From NCBI GenBank assembly GCA_040386575.1, contig JAZKFI010000036.1, positions 37,716 to 101,715 of the forward strand: DNA of 64,000 bases, given 5' to 3'. Source of the stretch: Pseudomonadota bacterium (GTDB lineage Bacteria; Pseudomonadota; Gammaproteobacteria; Burkholderiales; Burkholderiaceae_C). Shown here piece by piece: positions 45,856-55,124 of the stretch. The notes beneath the pieces are model-generated. The model had not been told where the DNA came from. It searched no databases and worked only from the letters and a program-made list of their open reading frames with translations. Both the position numbers and the translations under genes were made by a program. How positions within the stretch are numbered: the stretch's first letter is position 1; every line of letters starts with the position of its first letter.

Positions 45856-46437
45856 ATGTCCCTCGTCCAGATCCGCAAGAAGCTGCTCAATATCGAATCC
45901 ATCTATCACGAAGGCGGGCCCGCGCGTGACGTTCCCATCAAGATGGGTTCGATTGCCGTCGTGCTGAAGAACCCGTATGCCGGGCGCTACGTGGAAGACC
46001 TCCAGCCGTTCGTGAAGGACGCAACCGAGATGGCGAACGCGCTCGTTCCCGAGCTGATCGAAGCCCTCGGTGGTGCCGACAAGATCGAGGCCTACGGCAA
46101 GGGCGCCATCGTCGGCTTGAACGGCGAACTCGAACACGGCGCCATCTGGCATATCGCGGGCGGCTATCCGATGCGCTCGTGCCTGCCCCGGGCCAAGTCG
46201 ATCGTTCCGGCTGCCAAGGTCGTTGCAGTGGCCGGCACCCGCCTGCAGATTCCGCTTCACCATATCGAAGCGTGCTACGTGCGCAGCCACTTCACGACGA
46301 TGGACGTCGGCATCATCGACGGCCCGCGCCCCGACGAATTGCTCTACGCCCTGGTCATGTCCACCGGCACTCGCGTGCATGAACGCCTCGGCGGCCTGCG
46401 CGCCTCCGAAATCAAGGTCGGCGACGGCCAGCGCTAA
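45856..46437 (+). CDS. Amino-acid-synthesis family protein (AA_synth/DUF1185-like)
   Basis: 193 aa from the ATG at 45856. Its pattern (IAVVLKNPYAGRYVEDL...YGKGAIVGLNGELEHGA...) matches this small family as I remember it. Confidence 0.6.
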   Translation: MSLVQIRKKLLNIESIYHEGGPARDVPIKMGSIAVVLKNPYAGRYVEDLQPFVKDATEMANALVPELIEALGGADKIEAYGKGAIVGLNGELEHGAIWHIAGGYPMRSCLPRAKSIVPAAKVVAVAGTRLQIPLHHIEACYVRSHFTTMDVGIIDGPRPDELLYALVMSTGTRVHERLGGLRASEIKVGDGQR

Positions 46438-46463
46438 TTTTTTAAAGAAGTACCTCACTCTCC

Positions 46464-47432
46464 ATGCAACGCTCCACTTTCCTCAAGACCGCCGCTGCCA
46501 TCGCACTCGCAGCATGCGGTTTCGCATCCCACGCAGCCGGCTGGCCAGAAAAACCCATCACCCTGGTCGTTCCGCTGTCGCCCGGCGGCAGCACCGACAC
46601 CACGGCGCGCATGCTGGCTGAAAAGCTCAGCGGCGTGCTGGGTCAGCGTGTCGTCATCGACAACAAGGCCGGCGCCGGCGGCAACATTGGCTCCGCCTTC
46701 GTGGCCCGCGCGCCGGCAGACGGCTACACGCTGCTGATGCACACCAGCACCATCGCCACCAACGTGTCGCTCTACGCCGACATGGGGTTCGACCTGAACA
46801 AGGACCTGATCCCCGTGTCTCAAGTGGCGCTGATCCCCAACGTGCTGATGGTGAACAACGACGTGCCGGCGAAAACGCTGAAAGAGTTCGTCGATTACGT
46901 GAAGTCGAAGAAAGCGCCGATCAATTTCGGCTCCGCAGGCAACGGCACCTCGCAGCATCTGTCCGGCGCGCTGTTCAACAACCTCGCGGGCGGCGACATG
47001 GTCCACGTTCCGTACAAGGGCGGCGCTCCAGCCAATGCCGACCTGTTGGCCGGACAGATCCAGGCGGTGTTCTCGCCGCTCGTCGAGGTGCTGCCGTACA
47101 TCGACACGGGCAAGCTGCGTCCGCTGGGCATCACCACGGCCAAGCGCTCGGCGCGCGTGCCGAACGTGCCTGCGATCGGCGAAGTGCTTCCCGGTTACGA
47201 GGTCGTGCTGTGGAACGGCGTCTTTGCACCCACCGGCACGCCGCCGGACGTGATCACGAAGCTGAACGCAGCGATCCGCACGGTGCTGCAGGACCCGGCC
47301 GTGCGCAAGACGCTGGCCGACCAGGGCTCGACCCCGGTGGGCAATAGCCCGGCCGAATTCAAGAAGGTGCTCGCTTCCGAAATCGACAAATGGGGCAAGC
47401 TGGTCAAGCTGTCCGGCGCCAAGGTTGACTGA
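46464..47432 (+). CDS. Bug-family (TctC-like) substrate-binding protein
   Basis: 322 aa with a signal peptide and the motifs ITLVVPLSPGGSTD and FGSAGNGTSQHL. Confidence 0.85.
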   Translation: MQRSTFLKTAAAIALAACGFASHAAGWPEKPITLVVPLSPGGSTDTTARMLAEKLSGVLGQRVVIDNKAGAGGNIGSAFVARAPADGYTLLMHTSTIATNVSLYADMGFDLNKDLIPVSQVALIPNVLMVNNDVPAKTLKEFVDYVKSKKAPINFGSAGNGTSQHLSGALFNNLAGGDMVHVPYKGGAPANADLLAGQIQAVFSPLVEVLPYIDTGKLRPLGITTAKRSARVPNVPAIGEVLPGYEVVLWNGVFAPTGTPPDVITKLNAAIRTVLQDPAVRKTLADQGSTPVGNSPAEFKKVLASEIDKWGKLVKLSGAKVD

Positions 47433-47464
47433 CCGCCACCATTGTCTACATCCCTTGCCATCTG

Positions 47465-48418
47465 ATGAAACCCACGTTACTCGTCCTCGTCTATCTCTCC
47501 GATGAACATCGCGCGCTCGTGTCGGAGCAGTTCGACATGATCTACGCGCCGAACGAAGGATTGGGGGCCGATCGCTCCAACGGCGCTGCGCAGATCGCCG
47601 CGCGCGGCGACGAGATCCGCGTCGTGCTGACCAACGGCACGAACGGCCTCCTGCCGCAGGAGATCGCGGCGCTGCCCCGGCTGGAGCTGATCTGCACCGT
47701 GGGGGTGGGCTTCGAAAACGTGGCGACCGACGCGGCCAGCGCGCGCGGCATTCCCGTCTGCAATGCAGCGGGCACCAACGACGATGCGGTGGCGGACCAC
47801 GCGATGGCGATCCTGCTCGCGGCCGTCCGACGCATCCCGTTCCTCAACAGCGGCGTGCGCACCGGCCTGTGGCGCGACGACATTCCGCGTCCGCCGCACG
47901 TGTCGGGTCGAAAGATGGGCATCTTCGGACTCGGCGCCATCGGCCGCAAGGTCGCCAAGCGCGCGCAGGGCTTCGACATGGAGATCGGCTATCACAGCCG
48001 CACCCGCAAGGACGAGTCGGGCTTTCGCTGGTTCGACGACATCGTGAGCCTGGCGCAGTGGTGCGACTTCCTGGTCATCGCCGCGCCCGGCGGCAAGGCG
48101 ACCTATCACATCGTCAATGCGCAGGTGCTCGATGCACTCGGTCCGCAGGGCGTCGTCGTCAATGTGGCGCGCGGCACGCTGGTCGATACGAACGCGGTCG
48201 CCGATGCACTGCGTGACAAACGCATCTGGGCTGCCGCGCTGGACGTCTATGAAGGCGAGCCGACGCCGCCCGCGCCCCTGCTCGAATTCGAGAACGCGGT
48301 GCTCACACCGCACATCGGCGGCATCTCGCCGCAGGCCATCCACGCGTCCGTCGTGCGCTTTCTCCAGAACGCCGACGCTCATTTTTCGGGCAAGCCCCTG
48401 CTGACCCAGGTGAACTGA
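47465..48418 (+). CDS. D-isomer-specific 2-hydroxyacid dehydrogenase (glyoxylate/hydroxypyruvate reductase-like)
   Basis: 317 aa with the NAD motif GIFGLGAIGRKVAKRA and the catalytic region VNVARG..VD...L, ending TPHIGG. Confidence 0.85.
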   Translation: MKPTLLVLVYLSDEHRALVSEQFDMIYAPNEGLGADRSNGAAQIAARGDEIRVVLTNGTNGLLPQEIAALPRLELICTVGVGFENVATDAASARGIPVCNAAGTNDDAVADHAMAILLAAVRRIPFLNSGVRTGLWRDDIPRPPHVSGRKMGIFGLGAIGRKVAKRAQGFDMEIGYHSRTRKDESGFRWFDDIVSLAQWCDFLVIAAPGGKATYHIVNAQVLDALGPQGVVVNVARGTLVDTNAVADALRDKRIWAAALDVYEGEPTPPAPLLEFENAVLTPHIGGISPQAIHASVVRFLQNADAHFSGKPLLTQVN

Positions 48419-48423
48419 ACATC

Positions 48424-49869
48424 ATGTCCTACGGAAACCTCATCGCCGGCCAATGGGTCCCCAACGAACGCTTCAGCGTCAATGCCAATCCATCCGACCC
48501 TTCGGACATCGTCGGCGAATACGCGCAGGCCGACATGGCCCAGCTTGACGCCGCAGTCGCTGCGGCGCAGGCTGCATTTCCTGCATGGAGCACAGGAGGC
48601 ATCCAGGCGCGTGCCGATGCGCTCGACCGGATCGGCCTGGAGATCCACGCGCGACGCGATGAACTCGGCGCCCTCCTCGCACGCGAAGAAGGCAAGACGC
48701 GCCCGGAGGCGATCGGCGAGGTGACTCGTGCGGGCTATCTCTTTCGCTTCTTCGCGGGCGAGTGCGTGCGCCTGTCCGGCGAGACCCTGCCTTCGGTGCG
48801 CCCCGGCGTCGGCGTGGAGATCACGCGCGAACCGGTCGGCGTGGTGGGTCTCGTCACGCCATGGAATTTTCCGATTGCGATTCCCGCCTGGAAGATCGCG
48901 CCAGCGCTTGCCTTCGGCAACTGTGTCGTCTTCAAGCCTGCTGACCTGGTTCCGGGCTCGGCCTGGGCGCTGGCGGAGATCATTCACCGCAGCGGCATAC
49001 CGCCGGGCGTCTTCAACCTGGTGATGGGACGCGGCAGCGTGATCGGCGATCGCCTGGTCACGCACCCGGGCATCGCGGCGGTGAGCTTCACCGGCTCGGT
49101 GGAAGTGGGCCGCCGCATCGCCGTGCAGTGCGCGGAACACGGCAAGAAGGTGCAGCTGGAGATGGGCGGCAAGAACCCGCAGGTCGTGCTCGACGATGCC
49201 GACTTGCAGCAGGCGGTCGAACTGTGCGTGCAGAGCGCATTCTTTTCCACCGGCCAGCGCTGCACGGCTTCGAGCCGGCTCATCGTGACCCAGGGCATCC
49301 ACGACCGTTTCATCACCGCCATGGCTGCGCGCATGGCCAGCCTGAAAGTCGGCGACGCGCTGACGGCGGGAACCGACATCGGCCCGGCGTCGAGCCGATC
49401 GCAAATGGACCAGGACCTGAAATACATCGCCATCGCCCGCGAAGAAGGCGCACGGCTCGTGGCCGGCGGCGAACGCAGCGACTGCCACACCGGCAGCGGC
49501 AAGGAGGGGTACTTCGTCAAGCCGACGCTCTTCGCAGACACCCTGCCCGCCATGCGCATCAACCGGGAAGAAGTGTTCGGGCCTGTGGCGAGCATCATTC
49601 GCGTGCGCGACTACGAAGAGGCACTGGCCGTCGCCAACGACACGGAGTTCGGCCTTTCGTCGGGCATCGCTACGACGAGCCTGAAGTACGCCACGCATTT
49701 CAAGCGGCATTCACAGGCCGGCATGGTCATGGTGAACCTGCCGACTGCAGGCGTGGACTACCACGTGCCATTTGGTGGCCGCAAGGGCAGCAGCTACGGC
49801 CCGCGCGAGCAGGGCCGCTATGCGCAGGAGTTCTTCACGATCGTGAAGACGGCCTACACGCAGGCGTGA
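48424..49869 (+). CDS. NAD(P)+-dependent aldehyde dehydrogenase (2,5-dioxovalerate/alpha-ketoglutarate-semialdehyde dehydrogenase-like)
   Basis: 481 aa with the ALDH motifs VTPWNFP, ELGGKNP (here QLEMGGKNP), the catalytic Cys region FFSTGQRCTA, and EEVFGPV. Confidence 0.85.
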   Translation: MSYGNLIAGQWVPNERFSVNANPSDPSDIVGEYAQADMAQLDAAVAAAQAAFPAWSTGGIQARADALDRIGLEIHARRDELGALLAREEGKTRPEAIGEVTRAGYLFRFFAGECVRLSGETLPSVRPGVGVEITREPVGVVGLVTPWNFPIAIPAWKIAPALAFGNCVVFKPADLVPGSAWALAEIIHRSGIPPGVFNLVMGRGSVIGDRLVTHPGIAAVSFTGSVEVGRRIAVQCAEHGKKVQLEMGGKNPQVVLDDADLQQAVELCVQSAFFSTGQRCTASSRLIVTQGIHDRFITAMAARMASLKVGDALTAGTDIGPASSRSQMDQDLKYIAIAREEGARLVAGGERSDCHTGSGKEGYFVKPTLFADTLPAMRINREEVFGPVASIIRVRDYEEALAVANDTEFGLSSGIATTSLKYATHFKRHSQAGMVMVNLPTAGVDYHVPFGGRKGSSYGPREQGRYAQEFFTIVKTAYTQA

Positions 49870-49883
49870 CGGTGCGCTGAAGG

Positions 49884-52800
49884 ATGATCGCCAGCATTGC
49901 ACCGCCCCAGCCGATAGCGACGACCTACCTGGGTTTTCTGAAGGCACTGGAGGCGGCGGGTTTCGCGGGCGAGATCAGCAGCACGCACGCCGACCGCGTG
50001 GTGCTGGCAACGGACAACTCGATCTACCAGCGACTGCCGCAAGCCATCGTCTTTCCGCGCGATGCGAACGACGTGCAGCGGCTCGCGCGCGTGGCCGCCG
50101 AGCCGGCATGGAAACGAATCGTGCTCACCCCGCGCGGCGGCGGCACCGGCACCAACGGCCAGTCGCTCACCGACGGCATCGTCGTTGACCTCTCGCGGCA
50201 CATGAACCGCATCCTGTCCATCGACCCGAAGACACGCCGCGTGCGCGTGCAGGCCGGTGTGGTCAAGGACCAGTTGAACAAGGCGCTGGCCCCGCACGGC
50301 CTGTTCTTCGCGCCGGAGCTTTCCACCAGCAATCGCGCGACGCTGGGCGGCATGATCAACACCGACGCGAGCGGCCAGGGAAGTTGCACCTACGGCAAGA
50401 CGCGCGACCACGTGGTGTCGCTCGACTGCGTGCTGCTGGGCGGTGAGCGCTTCGAAAGCTTCGCGCTCGAAGAAGATGAACTGCGCGTAGCCCTGCAGCG
50501 GCCCGGGCGCATCGGCGATGCCTATCGCTGCGCAGCCGACATCGCGCAGACGCAAGGCGCGCTGATCGAAGCGCACTTCCCCAAACTCAACCGGTGCCTC
50601 ACGGGCTACGACCTGGCGCACCTGCGCGAAGCCGATGGGCGCTTCAACCTGAACAGCGTACTGTGCGGCGCGGAAGGCTCGCTCGGCTTTATCGTCGAAG
50701 CCGAGCTTGCGGTCTTGCCCATCCCGACGTATTCAGCGCTCGTCAATGTGCGCTATGCGAGTTTCATGGACGCCCTCGGCGATGCCCGCGCGCTGATGGC
50801 GCATCGTCCGCTCTCCATCGAGACGGTGGACTCGCGCGTGTTGCAGCTCGCCATGCAGGACATCGTGTGGACGCAGGTGAAGGAATATTTTCCGCAGTCG
50901 GACGGCGAGGCGGCCACGCTCGGCATCAACCTGGTGGAATTCAGCGGCGATGACATCGCAGAGGTCGATGCGCGCGTCGAGGCGTTCGCCGTGCACCTGC
51001 AAACCGACACCGGTGTCGAGCGGCTGGGTCACACGGTGGCCGCAGGACATGAGGCCGTGGAGCGCGTGTACCAGATGCGCAAGCGCGCGGTCGGGCTGCT
51101 TGGCAATGTGCAGGGCGAAGTGCGGCCACAACCCTTCGTCGAAGACACAGCCGTCCCGCCGGAGCGCCTGCCGGAATACATCGCGGAGTTCCGCGCGCTG
51201 CTCGACGGCCTGGGCCTCGCCTATGGCATGTTCGGCCACGTCGATGCAGGCGTGCTGCACGTGCGTCCCGCGCTCGACCTGAAAGACCCGGCGCAGGCAG
51301 CGCTGGTTCGCACGGTGTCCGATGCGGTCGCCGACCTCACGCAAAAGTACGGCGGCCTGCTCTGGGGCGAACACGGCAAGGGCGTGCGTTCCGAATACGT
51401 GCCGAAGTTTTTCGGTCCGCTCTACCCGGCGCTGCAACGCCTGAAGGCCGCCTTCGATCCGCACAACCAGCTCAACCCCGGCAAGATCGCCACGCCTGCG
51501 ACGATGCCGGACGACCAGTTGCTTCGCATCGATGGTGTGCCGATGCGAGGCGACTCGGACCGGCAGATCGACGAGCGGGTGTGGCAAAGCTTTGGCACTG
51601 CGATGCACTGCAATGGCAACGGCGCGTGCTACAACTTCGACCCCGACGACGCCATGTGCCCTTCATGGAAAGGCACGCGCGAGCGGCGTCACTCACCCAA
51701 AGGCCGGGCTTCGCTGATGCGTGAGTGGCTGCTGCTGCAAGGCGCTGCCGGGGCGGATGTGATGACGGCGCCGCGCGGTGTGGCCGCCTTTGTGACGGGC
51801 TTGCCCGGACGATGGCGCAACACCCATTCACGACAAAACGCCGCGAGCCCCGACTTTTCGCACGAGGTGTACGAAGCGATGGCCGGTTGCCTCGCGTGCA
51901 AGTCCTGCGCGGGCCAGTGCCCCGTCAAGGTGAGCGTGCCCGAGTTCCGCTCGCGCTTTCTGGAGCTGTACCACGCGCGCTACCTCAGGCCGCTCAAGGA
52001 CTACCTCATCGGCTCTCTCGAATTCACGATTCCGTATCTCGCGAGAATGCCGCGTGTGTACAACGCGATCATGTCGGCGCCGGCCGTACGCTCTGCGCTC
52101 GACCGGTTCGCGGGCATGGTGGACAGCCCGCTGCTCGAACGCTTCGACATGGAGGCCACGCTGCAGCGACTGGGCGTGCGCACTGCAACGCCGCAGCTGC
52201 TGGCGGGTCTCACAGCCGAACAACGCGCCAGCAGCGTGATCCTGGTCCAGGACGCTTTCACGCGCTGGTTCGAAACGCCTGTGTGGGCTGCGTTCGTGGA
52301 GCTGGCGGCGCGCACCGGCCACACCGTCTACATCGCGCCCTTTCGACCGAACGGCAAGCCGCTGCATGTGCAGGGTTTCCTGCCCGCGTTCGAACGTGCA
52401 GCCGCGCGCCAGTCGGCGTTGCTTCGCGCGCTCGCCGACAGCGGCATTGCGCTCGTGGGTCTCGACCCCGCCATGACGCTGGTTTACCGGCAGGAATACC
52501 TGAAGGTGGCGCAGGCGCAGGATTGCCCGCCCGTGCTGCTGCCGCAGGAGTGGCTGCTCCAGGCGATTCCACAGCAAACACAAACCCGCGCCGCACAGTA
52601 CCGGCTGCTCGCGCACTGCACCGAAAAAACCAACGTGCCCGCCAGCGTCGGCCAATGGACAACCGTGTTCGCTCGCTTCGGCCTCTCGCTCGCGCCGATG
52701 GACAGCGGCTGCTGCGGGATGTCGGGCACCTACGGCCATGAGTCGCGCAACGTGGAAACGTCGAAAGTCATCTTCAGCCAGTCGTGGGGCCCGCTGCTTG

Positions 52801-52955
52801 CGGGGCCTGCCTCGCACGGTGAAATTCTCGCGACGGGCTACTCGTGCCGAAGCCAGGCGGCACGGCTGCAGGACACGCGGCTGCGGCATCCGGTGGAAGT
52901 GCTGCTGGAGTGGCTCGCACCGCAAACAGCTTCGAGACACACAGGAGAAACATGA
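49884..52955 (+). CDS. Fused FAD-linked oxidase / Fe-S oxidoreductase (YdiJ-like large 2-hydroxyacid dehydrogenase)
   Basis: 1023 aa with an N-terminal FAD_binding_4 region (TPRGGGTGTNGQS), a 4Fe-4S Cys cluster (CLACKSCAGQCP) and a C-terminal CCG-type domain (CCGMSGTYG). The size equals that of E. coli YdiJ-type proteins. Confidence 0.75.
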   Translation: MIASIAPPQPIATTYLGFLKALEAAGFAGEISSTHADRVVLATDNSIYQRLPQAIVFPRDANDVQRLARVAAEPAWKRIVLTPRGGGTGTNGQSLTDGIVVDLSRHMNRILSIDPKTRRVRVQAGVVKDQLNKALAPHGLFFAPELSTSNRATLGGMINTDASGQGSCTYGKTRDHVVSLDCVLLGGERFESFALEEDELRVALQRPGRIGDAYRCAADIAQTQGALIEAHFPKLNRCLTGYDLAHLREADGRFNLNSVLCGAEGSLGFIVEAELAVLPIPTYSALVNVRYASFMDALGDARALMAHRPLSIETVDSRVLQLAMQDIVWTQVKEYFPQSDGEAATLGINLVEFSGDDIAEVDARVEAFAVHLQTDTGVERLGHTVAAGHEAVERVYQMRKRAVGLLGNVQGEVRPQPFVEDTAVPPERLPEYIAEFRALLDGLGLAYGMFGHVDAGVLHVRPALDLKDPAQAALVRTVSDAVADLTQKYGGLLWGEHGKGVRSEYVPKFFGPLYPALQRLKAAFDPHNQLNPGKIATPATMPDDQLLRIDGVPMRGDSDRQIDERVWQSFGTAMHCNGNGACYNFDPDDAMCPSWKGTRERRHSPKGRASLMREWLLLQGAAGADVMTAPRGVAAFVTGLPGRWRNTHSRQNAASPDFSHEVYEAMAGCLACKSCAGQCPVKVSVPEFRSRFLELYHARYLRPLKDYLIGSLEFTIPYLARMPRVYNAIMSAPAVRSALDRFAGMVDSPLLERFDMEATLQRLGVRTATPQLLAGLTAEQRASSVILVQDAFTRWFETPVWAAFVELAARTGHTVYIAPFRPNGKPLHVQGFLPAFERAAARQSALLRALADSGIALVGLDPAMTLVYRQEYLKVAQAQDCPPVLLPQEWLLQAIPQQTQTRAAQYRLLAHCTEKTNVPASVGQWTTVFARFGLSLAPMDSGCCGMSGTYGHESRNVETSKVIFSQSWGPLLAGPASHGEILATGYSCRSQAARLQDTRLRHPVEVLLEWLAPQTASRHTGET

Positions 52956-52994
52956 TGCCGGTGAACCTGTCCGAGGAAGCGCTGAGCCAATTAG

Positions 52995-54148
52995 GGAAGG
53001 TCTGATCAAGCGCTGATTTGCGAGCGCGCCGGGCTGGCTGGCTGCTTTTTGCCCCGGAATGACGTGTTGCGCGGCCCTCTTCAGGCCTTGTCGGCGCGCT
53101 TGGCGCCGCTGCAGGCGCACCTATGCCCGCAGGGCATCCAGTAGTGGCTTTCTGACCGTGAACAGGTTGGCCAGCGCGGCCACCACGAACAGCCGGTTGC
53201 CGTTCTTGGCGATCCCGCGGTAGCGCACCTTCGCAAAGCCGAACACTCGCTTGATGATGCCGATGACGTGCTCCACCCGGGCGCGGGTCCTGGAGCGCTG
53301 GCGATTGACCTGGCGCTGCAACTGGCTCAAATACTTGTAGGCCCGTCCACGCTGTTGTGTCAGGTCCTGCGCCCAGGGCGCATGTTGTTCGATCACCTTG
53401 TGCTGGCCTGAATAGGCGGCGTCGCCCCACACGGCGGCTTCGTTGCCATGCAGCAGCTGCGGCAGCACCCTGCTGTCATGCACATTCCCCGAGGTGGCAA
53501 CCACCCTGTGAATGAGCTTGCTGCGCGCATCCACTGCCACATGGGCCTTCATGCCGAAGTACCACTGGTTGCCCTTCTTGGTCTGCTTCATCTCGGGGTC
53601 GCGCTGGCCGCTGGCGTTGCGGGTGGAGCTGGGCGCGGCAATCAGGGTGGCATCCACGATGGTGCCGGTGCTCAGCCTGAAGCCCTGTGACTGCAGGTGC
53701 GCACCCACCTGCTCGAAGATCTGTCTACCCAACTCGTGGCGCTCCAGCAGATGGCGGAACTTGCACACCGTGGTCTCGTCGGGCGCAGGTTCGCGGCCCA
53801 GGTCGATGCCCACGAAGTCGCGCATGGAGGCCGATTCGTACAGGGCCTCTTCCACCGCCGGGTCGCTCAGGTTGAACCACTGCTGCAGGAAGTGAATGCG
53901 CAGCATGCGCTCCAGGCCCACCGGCGGGCGGCCCCGGCCGGCCTTGGGGTAGTGCGGCTCGATCAGGGCGCACAACTGGCTCCAGGGCACCACCTGGTCC
54001 ATCTCGGCCAGGAACGCCGCCCGCCTGGTGGTCTTGCCAAACCGGTCAAAGCCGCCTCTTGCCAAGCTGATCTGCTTCATCGCCGCTCCTGGTTGCCTTC
54101 GATGACAACGCGGCAACTGGGTCGGCGGTGGACTTGATCAGAGTCTCC
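52995..54148 (-). mobile_element. IS5-family insertion sequence (1154 bp) with 4-bp TTAG target-site duplication
   Basis: The terminal inverted repeats are GGAAGGTCTGATCAAG (left) and GGAGACTCTGATCAAG (right, reverse complement), matching at 13 of 16 positions. Direct TTAG repeats lie at 52991-52994 and 54149-54152. It carries a single DDE transposase ORF. Confidence 0.9.
53121..54080 (-). CDS. IS5-family DDE transposase
   Basis: 319 aa from MKQISLARGGFDRFGKTTRRAAFLAEMDQVVPW, with DATLIAAPSS and GDAAYSG motifs typical of IS5/IS4-superfamily transposases. Confidence 0.9.
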   Translation of the reverse strand: MKQISLARGGFDRFGKTTRRAAFLAEMDQVVPWSQLCALIEPHYPKAGRGRPPVGLERMLRIHFLQQWFNLSDPAVEEALYESASMRDFVGIDLGREPAPDETTVCKFRHLLERHELGRQIFEQVGAHLQSQGFRLSTGTIVDATLIAAPSSTRNASGQRDPEMKQTKKGNQWYFGMKAHVAVDARSKLIHRVVATSGNVHDSRVLPQLLHGNEAAVWGDAAYSGQHKVIEQHAPWAQDLTQQRGRAYKYLSQLQRQVNRQRSRTRARVEHVIGIIKRVFGFAKVRYRGIAKNGNRLFVVAALANLFTVRKPLLDALRA

Positions 54149-55111
54149 TTAGTCGGCAAACTCCTGATGTCCAAAGGCGTTGACGCTATCAGCGCGCAGG
54201 CGGTGGCCGGTTCCATGGTCGCTGCCGAAAGGGACGGCACCTTGAGCCACGGCCTTGCGCGCCTGCCGGGCTTTGTTTCTTCGCTGGAGTCCGGGTGGGT
54301 CACCGGCTCACCCCGTATGGTCGTGACGAACCAGGCGCCTGCCGTCGTGCGCATCGATGCCGCAAACGGGTTTGCGCAAGGTGCGCTTGCGCGCGGCAGG
54401 GAGCTGGCGATCGCGAAGGCGCGCAGCAATGGCATCTGCGCGATCCATATCCATGACTCGCATCACTTCGGCAGCCTCTGGCCCGATGTGGAACCCTTCG
54501 CCATGCAAGGCCTGGTGTGCCTGGCCTTCGTCCACTCGCGCAGCCGCATCGTCGCGCCGGGCGCATCGCGCGCTGTGCTGGGCACCAACCCGATGGCGTT
54601 CGCACTGCCGCGTGCGGGGCGCGAGCCGGTGGTCTGGGACCAGGCATCGAGCGTCATCGCGCACGGCGACGTGATTCTTGCTGCGAAGAACGGGCACACC
54701 CTGCCCCCGGATGCGGGCGTGGACAAGTCGGGGAGCGTCAGCCGCGACCCGGCCGCCGTGCTGGACGGCGGCGCCTTGCTGCCCTTCGGCGGCCACAAGG
54801 GTTTCCTGATCGCGCTGCTGGTGGAGGTGCTGGCCGCTGCGCTCACGGGCAGCCGTTTCGGCTTCGAAGACGTGTCGGCGCGCATCCCCGGCGCGGTGAC
54901 GTCGAATGCGGGCCAGATGCTGATCCTCATCGACCCGGCGCGTTCGGGCGCGAGCGACTTCGGCGATCGCATCGAGCAATTGATGCACGCGCTTGCAGAT
55001 GCCGGCACCACGCGATTGCCGGGTGACCGGCGCTACATCAACCGTGCGAAGGCGATGGAACACGGCATCCCGGTAGGGGAAGCGACGATGCGTCTCCTGC
55101 AGCCAACCTAG
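54128..55111 (+). CDS. Ldh2-family (malate/L-lactate dehydrogenase 2; pyrroline/piperideine-2-carboxylate reductase-like) oxidoreductase, 5' end severed by the IS5 insertion
   Basis: The original start at 52952 (ATGA overlap with the ydiJ-like stop) encodes MMPVNLSEEALSQL. It continues in frame after the IS as VGKLLMSKGVDAISAQAVAGSMVAAERDGTLSHGLARLP. The track ORF begins at a GTG inside the IS right end. Family motifs are HHFG, GTNP and GGHKG. Confidence 0.8.
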   Translation: MDLIRVSLVGKLLMSKGVDAISAQAVAGSMVAAERDGTLSHGLARLPGFVSSLESGWVTGSPRMVVTNQAPAVVRIDAANGFAQGALARGRELAIAKARSNGICAIHIHDSHHFGSLWPDVEPFAMQGLVCLAFVHSRSRIVAPGASRAVLGTNPMAFALPRAGREPVVWDQASSVIAHGDVILAAKNGHTLPPDAGVDKSGSVSRDPAAVLDGGALLPFGGHKGFLIALLVEVLAAALTGSRFGFEDVSARIPGAVTSNAGQMLILIDPARSGASDFGDRIEQLMHALADAGTTRLPGDRRYINRAKAMEHGIPVGEATMRLLQPT

Positions 55112-55124
55112 ATCGGACCACCTC

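Noticed and set aside
52774-54137. ORFs antisense to or overlapping the IS5 transposase (52774-53430, 53448-53895, 53697-54137)
   Set aside because: They are shadow ORFs inside the IS. The 319-aa minus-strand transposase accounts for the coding capacity.
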